A DNA stretch of 64,000 nt from Myxococcales bacterium. GTDB taxonomy: Bacteria; Myxococcota_A; UBA9042; JABWCM01; BTVJ01. Position numbers and translations under genes: made by a program. The notes beneath the pieces were generated by a model. That model made no database searches, had not been told where the DNA came from, and saw nothing but the letters and a program-made list of their open reading frames with translations. Each line of letters opens with the position of its first letter. The first letter of the stretch is position 1. Location of the stretch: positions 1-64,000 of the forward strand of contig BTVJ01000003.1 of assembly GCA_045863395.1 (NCBI GenBank), written 5' to 3'. Shown one piece after another: positions 48,101-56,000 of the stretch.

Positions 48101-51100
48101 GCCCGGGAACGACGAGTACCAGGCGACGTTCACCGCGCCCGCTCCGGGCGCCTGGGACCACGCGTTCCGGTTCTCGCTGGACGGCGGGACCACGTGGACC
48201 CTCTGCGACCGCGACGCGGGCGCTGGCTCCGACGGCTCGCAGGACGGCTACCAGGTGGCAAACGCGGGGGCGCTCGTGACCTTGGCGAGCCCGTGCGAGC
48301 CCAACCCGTGCACCGTGGCGCCGCCGGCGGAGTGCGTGGATGCGACACACGTCAAGCAGTTCGGACCGCCAGGGACCTGCACCGTGGACGGGACGTCGCC
48401 CGTCTGTGCGTGGACGGAGACCCTCGTGGACTGTGGCGCCACGCTGGGCACCTGCTCCGATGGGGCGTGCGTGGGTGGCGCGGTGGCGCCCGCAGCGGGT
48501 GAGGTCGTCGTCACCGAGATCATGTACGACACCCAGGGCGACCTCAACGAGGCCACCGCGGAGTGGTTCGAGCTCTACAACCGCACGGACCACTCGATCA
48601 CCCTGGCAGGCTGCGTGCTCCAGGACCAGTCGGCGACGTCCACGACCGTGGGGTCCCTGGTGATCCCGGCCCAGACCCACGTGGTCGTCGCGCGGTCCGT
48701 CAACCCGGCCCTCAACGGGGGCCTCTCGGCCGCCCACGCCTTCTCCTTCTCGCTGAACAACGCCGCTACGGGCGACGCCGTCACGCTCACCTGCGGCGGC
48801 ACGCTCATCGACGGCGTGACGTGGTCGGGCGCTGCGGGCTTCCCCGTCGCGCAGGCGACCACACTCTCCCTGGACCCGGCGGCCTACGACGCGACGCTCA
48901 ACGACGTGGGCTCCAACTGGTGTGTGGGCGCTGGCGTCTACTACACGTCGCCGGGCGGCGGCAACGAGCACTACGGCTCGCCCGGCGCGCTCAACCCCGC
49001 GTGCCCGGTCATCGACACGACCGTGGACTGGTGCCGGCTCCAGTGGCCGCCCACCGTGGATGCGCTCCCGGGGGGCGCGTTCACCGTCTACGGCCGCATC
49101 TACGAGGCGGGCATCACGGACCAGAGCACGGCGACCGATGCGGCGCCCCAGCTCGTCGGTCAGGCCGGGTGGGGTCCGAACGGGACGACCCCCGAGGGCA
49201 ACCCGGAGTGGACGTGGGCTACGGGCACCGCGAACCTGCTCTATGACGGCGGCACCTCCGGTGAGCCGGACAACGACGAGTACCTCGCTTCGCTCACTGC
49301 CCCGAACACGGTGGCCAGCTACGACTACGCGTGGCGGTTCTCGGTGGACGGCGGGGCGAGCTGGACCTACTGCGATCTGGACGCCGGGCCCGGGCAGGAC
49401 GGCAGCGAGGACGGCTACCAGGTCGACAACGCCGGGTCCCTGGTCGTGCACCCCGACCCCTGCGTCACCGCGATCTGCACTCCGCAGCCCGCGGCCTGCG
49501 CGCCCGATGGAGTCACCCTGGTCACCTGGGCCTCCACCTGCATGCCGACGGGCCCGGGGACGCATGTCTGCAGCGAGACGAGCACGACGACCGACTGTGC
49601 CGCCACGGGCGGCGTCTGCGTCGCCGATGAGTGCGTGTCGGCGGTGGCAGCGCCCGCGCCTGGTGAGGTCATCTTCACGGAGATCATGTATGACCCGGCC
49701 TTCGAGCTGAGCGACACGACGGCCGAGTGGTTCGAGCTGACCAACGTGACCAGCGCCGACCTGAACCTGACCGGCTGCTCGGTGGCGGACGCGGCCACGT
49801 CCAACACGGTGAGCACGCTGCTCATCGGCGCAGGGGAGACAGTGGTCTTCGCGCGGTCCGCTTCGGCGGCGCTCAACGGGGGAATCGTCCCCGACGCGCT
49901 CTTCACGTTTGCGCTGAACAACGGCGGTGGAGACACCCTGACGCTGACGTGCGGAGCCCAGGTCATCGACACGGTGACCTACGACGACGGCGGAGCCTTC
50001 CCGGACGCGGCCGGGGCGTCCATCAGCCTGGATCTCGACTCCTACGACGCGCTGCTCAACGACTCGGGCGCCGCGTGGTGCCTCGCGCAGGACGTGTATC
50101 ACGTAGGCTCGACGCCCGGGCAGGACAACCTGGGGACTCCGGGGGCTCTCAATCCCGCGTGCCCCCCCGTCGACACCACTGTCGACTGGTGCCGGCTCCA
50201 GTGGCCCCTCGACGCGACGGCGCCGGCGGGGACGGAGCTGACCGTGTATGGGCGTATCTACGAGGAGGGCACGACCGACCTGACCGACGGGGTGGACGCA
50301 GGGCCGCAGCTCGTGGGCGCTGTGGGCTTCGGCCCCGACGGGACCCTCCCGACCACTGGTTGGACCTGGATCCCGGCGACCCCCAACGTCGCCTGGAGCG
50401 CCGCCGGGGCCGGCGAGCCCGGCAACGACGAGTACCAGGCGACCCTCACGGTCCCGCCGGCGGGCGCCTACGACCACGCCTTCCGGTTCTCCGTGGACGG
50501 CGGCGCTACCTGGACTTACTGCGACAGGGCTGCCGGGTTGGGCTCCGACGGCGCCGAGGACGGCTATCAGATCGCCAACGCCGGGAGCCTGACCAGCGAG
50601 GCGAGCCCCTGCGACCCGGATCCGTGCACGGTCATCCCGGCGCCGGAGTGCGACGGTGACCTGCTGACCGCATACCTGGGGCCAGCGACGTGCAGCGTCG
50701 ACCAGGCTCAGGCGGTGTGCACGTGGGGGACCGCGACCACCGACTGCTCCGCGAGCGGCGGGACCTGCTCCGAAGGCCAGTGTGTGTCATCGACGCAGCC
50801 ACCCGGGGTGGGCGACGTGTTCATCACCGAGATCCTCTACAACCCCGAAGGCGACCTCAGCGAGAACACCGCCGAGTGGTTCGAGCTCTACAACCACACC
50901 GCCTGGCCCATCACGCTCCAAGGCTGCGTGCTCAAGGACGGCTCCACCACCACCACGACCCTCGGGGCCGTGGTGATGGCTCCGCAGAGCTACGCGGTCT
51001 TCGCCCGCTCGGCGGACCCGGCCCTCAACGGCGGCCTCACCGTCGCGGCGGTCTTCGCCTTCGCGCTCAACAACACGACGGACAGCATCTCGCTGACCTG

Positions 51101-51314
51101 CGACAGCGTGGTCATCGACGCGGTGTCCTACGGCGGCGCCACGTTCCCCGCCGGCGCCGTCGCCAAGTCCTACCAGCTCAAGCCGTCCAGCTACAGCGCG
51201 GCCGGCAACGACGCGGGCGCCAGCTGGTGCATCGGGACCAACGTCTACTACACGTCGGTCGGAGGCACCAACCCCCACGTCGGGACGCCGGGGGCGGCCA
51301 GCGACTGCGAGTAG
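42123..51314 (+). CDS. Giant repetitive surface lipoprotein (3063 aa): 8 Cys modules, 8 lamin-tail domains and 7 VDWCRLQWP domains
   Basis: Lipobox TAGC after RBS GAGGAGG. LTD motifs G(E/D)xxxTEI(M/L)...AEW(F/V)E...GTPG/GSPG occur 8 times. VDWCRLQWP...GNDEY...HAFRFS.DGG occurs 7 times. Confidence 0.9.
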   Translation: MVRRTLVLALTATTLCFTAGCPDDDVSGGTPDGAVDDVTDVAGGDGGISADTGTVPDAGGDTGSDGGPPDVGDGGADGEASDVGPDGEAPDAGPDGETPDGGPDGGAPDVGTDVESPDTDVVTDPCDPDPCTAPPAAACGPDGTTLITASLPATCATGQEGPVCTWTETTEDCAATGKVCFGGQCVEAAPLPKAGEIVITEIMIDPHFDLADNTAEWFEVVNVSSGARSLTGCTLVDNSGNPTTLGVLEIPAGGLALFAASATNNGGIEPDALFGFGLGNSEDFIRISCGGTVIDEVAWGGSSTVPIGQARASSLSPSAFDAVANDDGANWCLSGIMYYQGTGGTAGDNYGTPGALNPACPVLDLTVDWCRLQWPLDTEELAGTPVTIYGRVFDEGVTDLTDGVDLDQMLVGEAGYGPDESDPDGNPEWVWAAAQANPVWSAGTAGEPGNDEYLASIIAPAPGVWDHAFRFSLDGGDTWTYCDRAAGPGSDGSEDGYQVDNAGNLVTVPSPCSPNPCTVPPPAECIDGYVAKVWQTPGSCAVEDLDPVCSWTSTTVDCAAIGGSCFAGACVGVPELPAPGEIIVTEIMYDPHFDLLDATAEWVELTNVSGGPRALTGCKLGDSTTAGNAMGALIVPAGGTALFVKSLTANGNLTPDGTFTFALGNSGDSVVLTCDGALIDSVAYGTSLGFPAAQARSLSLDPAAYDAALNDDGANWCVAQDVYYEGTAGPAEDNYGTPGAVNPPCPVPDTTVDWCRLQWPLDAEVLAGTPLTIYGRVYDEGITDKTDGVDAAPGLVGQAGYGADGTDPAADAGWIWVAAKANAAWSAAGAGEPGNDEYEATISAPPVGSYDHAFRFSLDSGATWTYCDRAAGPGSDGSEDGYQITNAGSLVTLPSPCSPNPCTEAPPAECADATHVRAYGAPGTCTVVGTSAECAWPETTLDCGATLGTCDDGVCVGGAAGPLAGEVIVTEIMYNTEGDLTETSAEWFELYNRTDHPISLAGCVLQDQSAISTTVGSLVILGHSHVVLARSVNPDLNGGLDAVHSFNFALNNGGTGDAVTLTCDGALIDGVTWSTAAGFPVATAKSLSLDPAAYDATLNDDGANWCLGTGLYYTSPTGGNEHYGSPGAMNPACPQVDNTVDWCRLQWPLDAEVLAGTPVTVYGRVYDEGVTDKTDGVDADPKLVGQVGYGPDGSDPAAGGWTWAAAAANPSWSASEAGEPGNDEYQATFAAPAAGTYDHAFRFSLDGGTSWTYCDRAAGPGSDGSEDGYQIANAGSLLTLASPCSPNPCTVAPAPECTDATHRVVYGAPGTCAVEGVDAVCTWPETTQDCGATLGTCEDGVCVGGAVAPLAGDVIVTEIMYNTEGDLGETTAEWFELYNRASYAVSLQGCVLQDQSSISTTVGSLVIPPQAHVVFARSVNPALNGGVSAAHSFAFSLNNTGGDAITLTCGGVLIDGVTWSAAAGFPVATAATLSLDPAAYDAALNDAAANWCLGSAVYYTSPGGGNEHLGTPGALNPACPEVDTTVDWCRLQWPLDAEVLAGTSVTVYGRVYDEGITDKTDGVDGAPGLVGQAGFGPDATDPAAGGWTWIAAAATLAWSGSGAGEPDNDEYQATFAAPAVGTYDHAFRFSLDGGTTWTYCDRAAGPGSDGSEDGYQIANAGSLITLASPCDPNPCTVAPADECADGTHVKQFGAPGTCTVDGIGYTCGWPETLVDCGATFATCEGGTCVGGAVAPLAGDVIVTEIMYDTQGDLVETSAEWFELFNRADHPVSLAGCVLQDQSATSTTVGTLVIPAQTHVVLARSANPAANGGLSVAHTFAFGLNNAAAGDAVTLTCGGVLIDGVTWSVAAGFPVASATTLSLDPAAYDATLNDQGANWCLGTDLYYTSPGGGNEHHGSPAVLNPACPVADEAVDWCRLQWPLDVEILAGTPLTVYGRVYDEGVTDQSDGVDTDPKLVGQAGYGPDGSDPDGNPEWSWAAATPNALWSASGAGEPGNDEYQATFTAPAPGAWDHAFRFSLDGGTTWTLCDRDAGAGSDGSQDGYQVANAGALVTLASPCEPNPCTVAPPAECVDATHVKQFGPPGTCTVDGTSPVCAWTETLVDCGATLGTCSDGACVGGAVAPAAGEVVVTEIMYDTQGDLNEATAEWFELYNRTDHSITLAGCVLQDQSATSTTVGSLVIPAQTHVVVARSVNPALNGGLSAAHAFSFSLNNAATGDAVTLTCGGTLIDGVTWSGAAGFPVAQATTLSLDPAAYDATLNDVGSNWCVGAGVYYTSPGGGNEHYGSPGALNPACPVIDTTVDWCRLQWPPTVDALPGGAFTVYGRIYEAGITDQSTATDAAPQLVGQAGWGPNGTTPEGNPEWTWATGTANLLYDGGTSGEPDNDEYLASLTAPNTVASYDYAWRFSVDGGASWTYCDLDAGPGQDGSEDGYQVDNAGSLVVHPDPCVTAICTPQPAACAPDGVTLVTWASTCMPTGPGTHVCSETSTTTDCAATGGVCVADECVSAVAAPAPGEVIFTEIMYDPAFELSDTTAEWFELTNVTSADLNLTGCSVADAATSNTVSTLLIGAGETVVFARSASAALNGGIVPDALFTFALNNGGGDTLTLTCGAQVIDTVTYDDGGAFPDAAGASISLDLDSYDALLNDSGAAWCLAQDVYHVGSTPGQDNLGTPGALNPACPPVDTTVDWCRLQWPLDATAPAGTELTVYGRIYEEGTTDLTDGVDAGPQLVGAVGFGPDGTLPTTGWTWIPATPNVAWSAAGAGEPGNDEYQATLTVPPAGAYDHAFRFSVDGGATWTYCDRAAGLGSDGAEDGYQIANAGSLTSEASPCDPDPCTVIPAPECDGDLLTAYLGPATCSVDQAQAVCTWGTATTDCSASGGTCSEGQCVSSTQPPGVGDVFITEILYNPEGDLSENTAEWFELYNHTAWPITLQGCVLKDGSTTTTTLGAVVMAPQSYAVFARSADPALNGGLTVAAVFAFALNNTTDSISLTCDSVVIDAVSYGGATFPAGAVAKSYQLKPSSYSAAGNDAGASWCIGTNVYYTSVGGTNPHVGTPGAASDCE
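42490..51310 (+). repeat. Intragenic tandem repeat, about 1160-nt (about 386-aa) period, about 7.6 copies
   Basis: VDWCRLQWP codons recur near 43221, 44376, 45540, 46698, 47859, 49023 and 50181. Confidence 0.93.
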
Positions 51315-51329
51315 ACGCCTCTGGGGGGG

Positions 51330-52706
51330 TCAGGGCTCTTCGTCACGGTAGCTCTCGGCCGCCAAGCCGTGCTTCGCAAGCCAGCGATAGACCTGCTTCC
51401 GGTCCTTCCCCAGGATCTTGGCGACCTGCGCGACGTTTCCCCCGCAGCGGGCCATCAGCTCGGTCATCGCCTCACGCGACGGGCTCCGGGAGGGCGGCGG
51501 CTGCGGAGGGCTCGCCTCCATCGGCTCGCGCTCGGCGTGCTTTGCCCCGCCGCCACGGATGGTCGGAGGCAGGGAGGTCAGACGCACGACCCCGTCGTCG
51601 GGCTCCAGCGTGGCCACCATCTGCATCACGGTGCGAAGCTCCCGGACGTTCATGGGCCAGTCGTGGAGGAGCAACGCCTCGACCGCGTCGGCAGCCCACT
51701 GGAAGGTCCGATCTGGGGCGATCTGGTGGAGCAGGCTGCGCGCGATGGGCATCACGTCCTCGCGACGCTCCCGGAGCGCCGGGATGGACAGGGGGAACTG
51801 GTACAGCCTCGCACGCAGATCGAGGCGGAAGGCGCCGGAGAGCGACTCCTGCTCCAGGTCGCGGTTCGTGGCTGCCACGATGCGGGCATTGGTCTTGAGG
51901 GTCGTCGTGCTGCCGACCGGGTTGAACTCCCGGGACTCGAGCACTCGAAGCAGCTTGGGCTGGACCTCCAGCGGGAGCTCGCCCACCTCGTCCAGGAACA
52001 GCGTGCCGTTGGTCGCCTCCTGGAAGTGGCCGACGTGGTTCTGGTCGGCGCCCGTGAAGGATCCCTTGCGGTGGCCGAAGAGCAGCGACTCTACGAGGGG
52101 CATTGGCAGCGCCGCGCAGTTGACCGCGCGGAATGGCCCCTTGCGCCCGCTCTGGTCGTGGATGCGTTGGGCCGCCAGCTCCTTGCCCGTCCCGCTGGGC
52201 CCGCTGATCAGCACGGTCAGATCGCTGGGGGCGACCTTGTCGATCCTGGCGATCAGGTCGCCCAGCGCCGCGGACAGACCGACGAAGGGATGCTCGATGA
52301 CCGGCTGCGGGTCGGGGATGGGGCCGAAGAGCATGACCGTTGAGCCAGCCCGAACCACGGCTCCATCCTCGAGATAGCGCGACGCCACCTTCTGGCCATT
52401 GACGCAGGTGCCGTTCTTCGAGTGCAGGTCTGCCAGCTCGAACATCGGGAGAGGCTTGCCCACGCGCGTGACCTTGAAGTGGACTGCGGACATCCGGGGG
52501 TCATTGATGGCCGCACCCGCCTCGGGTCCGGGCGTGCGCCCCACGACGAGCGCGCGCTCGACCAGGAGAGTTGCCCCCAGCCGATCTGCGTCAGGGGTCT
52601 CCACGACCCTCAGTCCCCTGGGCGCGTCGGCGAACATGGACCGGGCGAGGTCCGTCTCGGTCACCGTGCGTGAGGGCCCCTCACCGTCGCTGCTGGATGT
52701 GCTCAA
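51330..52706 (-). CDS. FHA-domain sigma54-dependent enhancer-binding protein (up to 458 aa)
   Basis: FHA: VGR, DPRMSAVH, DLHSKNGTCVNG. AAA+: GPSGTGKE, GSFTGA, LFLDEVGE, WPMNVREL. Fis-type HTH. Start is TTG 52706 or ATG 52638. Confidence 0.93.
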   Translation of the reverse strand: MSTSSSDGEGPSRTVTETDLARSMFADAPRGLRVVETPDADRLGATLLVERALVVGRTPGPEAGAAINDPRMSAVHFKVTRVGKPLPMFELADLHSKNGTCVNGQKVASRYLEDGAVVRAGSTVMLFGPIPDPQPVIEHPFVGLSAALGDLIARIDKVAPSDLTVLISGPSGTGKELAAQRIHDQSGRKGPFRAVNCAALPMPLVESLLFGHRKGSFTGADQNHVGHFQEATNGTLFLDEVGELPLEVQPKLLRVLESREFNPVGSTTTLKTNARIVAATNRDLEQESLSGAFRLDLRARLYQFPLSIPALRERREDVMPIARSLLHQIAPDRTFQWAADAVEALLLHDWPMNVRELRTVMQMVATLEPDDGVVRLTSLPPTIRGGGAKHAEREPMEASPPQPPPSRSPSREAMTELMARCGGNVAQVAKILGKDRKQVYRWLAKHGLAAESYRDEEP

Positions 52707-53011
52707 CCGACTCTCCCCGCCGTGGTGGCTCCGACACGCCTGCGGGCAGCGTGGTCGCCCAGCTGGCGATTATGCTGCTCCGTGCGATGGTCCCCGACTC
52801 GCTGCTTCGCCCGGCGGAGTCTAGATCGGCAACGAGTTCGCAAGCAAGCGCCGATTGTCGGCTCCGCGGAGGGACCTCGGTGCTGCCTCGACTGTGCGCC
52901 GCTTGCGCACAATCCGCGCCGGATGGGTCGCGACGTTTGCATCCCCGTCGACACGGCCGCCGAACAGAGGTAGCCTCCGGCTTCACCTTGGGCGAGGAGC
53001 GGTGGGTCTCC

Positions 53012-56000
53012 ATGAAGGTGTGCAGCGACTGCCGAGCCGACCTGACGGACGCGAGCGTCGTCCTTGGCCGCTGTCCCCTCTGCAGTGGCATCGTGGTGAC
53101 GGCCCTGGACCCGGAGCCGCTCATAGGGCGCACCCTGGACGGGCGCTACCTCATCGAGGCCCGGCTGGGCTCGGGTGGCATGGGGGCCGTGTACCGGGCC
53201 ACCCAGCTCGCGGTGCAGCGCCCGGTGGCGGTCAAGGTCATGCCACCCGTCTACGCGTCGCGCCCACGATCCACCGTGCGCTTCGAGAAGGAGGCGCGCG
53301 CGATCAGCCACCTCAACCACCCCAACATCGTCACGGTCCACGACTTCGGCCGGGCGGCAGAGGGCTACCTGTACCTCGTGATGGAGCTCCTCGAGGGCCA
53401 GTCGCTCAGCGACCTGCTGTGCCGGGGCCCCCTCTCGCTGCGCCGGGCGGTCCGGCTGATGGAGCAGGTCTGTTCCGCGCTGTCCGAGGCCCACGGCAAG
53501 GGGGTCGTGCACTGTGACCTGAAGCCGGACAACATCTTCGTCGTGAACCGCCATGACCAGGAGGACGCGGTCAAGGTCCTGGACTTTGGCATTGCGGCCA
53601 TGGTCACCGGAGACTCTGGCTCATCGAGCGGCTCGTCCTCCCGCGAGGTGTCTGGGACGCCCGACTACATGTCGCCCGAGCGCATCCTCGGCAGGCGCGT
53701 CGGTCCTGAGACGGATCTCTACTCCCTCGGGATCATCCTCTACCTGGTGCTGACGGGAAGCAGGCCATACGCGGGCACGACCCCCATGGAGGTGTGTCTG
53801 CGTCACCTGAACGATCCGATCCCGGTCCTGCCGCCGGTGCTCCCCGCGGATGGTTGCCCATCCTGGGCCACCCAGGCGCTGCTGGATCGACTGCTCCACA
53901 AGGACCCGCTCGCGCGGCTCTCCTCCGCCGAGGAGGCCCGCGCAGCGCTGAGTGCCCTTTTGCGCGCGGAGGGAGGGCCGGGCGACGCCGCGGCTGCCCC
54001 CGCGCTGGAAGACGGGCCGACGACCGGGAGTGAGGCGCAGGCCCCGGCGCACGATGATCGATCCGTGCACGTCGGCGACCAGCCCACGCAGGTCCGCTGC
54101 CCCCGCTGCGGGAACTTCAACGCCGGGCACTGGCGATTCTGCAGCGCCTGCGGGGCCTCCATGGATGAGCCCTCATGCTCGACGTGCGGCGCCCCGCTGG
54201 CGCACGGCTCCGTGTTCTGTACGGTCTGCGGGCTTCAACACGCGGACGAGCGAGAGGCCGTCGCCCCCGGCGGAGCGACCGAGTCGCGCCGCCAGGTCAG
54301 CACCGTCCACGCTCTGGCGTCCTTTGAACCGGAGAGCGGACTTGCCCTCGACCTCGAGGATCGCATCGAGCTCCTCCGACCGCTGCAGCAGCGGTGGGCG
54401 GAGGCTGTCCGTGCTCTGGGCGGCACGGTGCATGGAGACTCCGGCGAGGGCATCTGCGCAATCTTCGGAGTGCCTGCGACCGGTCAGACCGACGCCCTCA
54501 GCGCGGTGCGGTGTGCGATGACCCTGGCACGCGTGGCGGCCGACATGGAGGCCATCGGCTCGTTCGTCTTCCGCTGCGGGGTCTCTACCGGCCCGGCGTT
54601 GGTGCGGCGCCGCTCCTCGCGCTCCTGGTCCGTGAAGGGCGATGTCGTGGTGCAGGCGGCCCTCCTCGCCGGAGATGCCCCTCCCCGCGGTGTCCTGTGC
54701 TGTGACTCTACATGGCAAGAGGTCCGGGAGGCGGTCGTGGGCTCTGCGCACCCCACCCCCGACGGGCGTGGCGCTGCCCGCTGGCTCCTTCGAGACCTTC
54801 GCTCCCACTCTCCGGACCGTTCCAGGCGTCCGGGAGCAGCGAGCGCCCCGCTCTTCGGCCGGGACACCGAGCTCGCTACGCTCCAGGGGCGGTTTCTGGC
54901 CACAGTGCACCGTGGCTCTCCGCACCTGGTCACAGTCGTGGGCGCCCCTGGGGTCGGAAAGTCCCGGTTGGTGAACGAGCTGGCCGAGTGGGTCCAGGAG
55001 ACGTTGCCGGAGACGGTGATCGTGCGCGCGCGCGCGGTCGTCCAGCCGGAGCAGGCTCCGTACCAGCTCATCCGCCAGGTTGTGACGAGCGCCGCCGCGG
55101 CCGTCCCTGAGCCTCGAGAACACGCGGAGGTCATCGCCCCGTGGCTCGATGGCGCGGTTCCGCTCGGGGCTCCTCCGTGCCCGCTCCCCGGCCTCGATCC
55201 TGGGGGCGACGGCGACTCGCTCCTCGTCCAGCGGCCGGGAGTGCTCGCCCTCAGGCAGCTCCTGCACTCCCTGACACGGGGGCGGGCGGCGGTCATCGTG
55301 CTGGACGACCTCCACGCTGCAGATACAGCGTCCCTCGACCTCCTCTCCACGCTCTTGGACGGCCTGACCGGGGTCCCCGTCCTTGTGGTCTGTTGTGCAG
55401 CCCCCCAGCTCTACGAGCTGCGGCCCCAGTGGGACTCCGGCGGTGGAGTCCGCGCGCGCCTCGACCTGCGTCCCCTCGCCCCGGGCCCCATGGGCCGCCT
55501 CGTCGATGCCCTCCTCGAGCGGGTCGTCCCTCCATCGACGGCCGCGCGGAACCTGGTCGTCCAGCGCTCCGAGGGGAACCCGTGGTTCGCCGAGGAGGTC
55601 GTTCGCCTGTTGGTGCAGCGGGCGGTCATCGAGCCCCAGACCGATGGCACGTGGCTGGTCCAGACTGCCCACCTCGATCGGGTGACCATGCCACGCTCCA
55701 TCGAGGGGCTGCTCCAGGCGCGCGTCGACGTGCTGGGCGACGACGAGCGCGCCGTCCTGAGCGCCGCCGCCATCGTGGGGACCGTGTTCTGGGAGGGCGT
55801 CGTCGCGGATCTCCTGCCGGGCATGGACACGCGGACCCTGAGCGATGTGCTCTCGTCGTTGAGGCGCGCCGGGTTGGTCCGCAAGCGGCGCAGCGCGTCA
55901 CTGCCGGGGGAGCGTGAGTACCGGTTTGCTGGGGGCCTGCTGCGAGAGGTCGTCCACGGCGGCCTGCTTCGCAAGGCGCGCCGGGCCGGGCACCAGGCCG

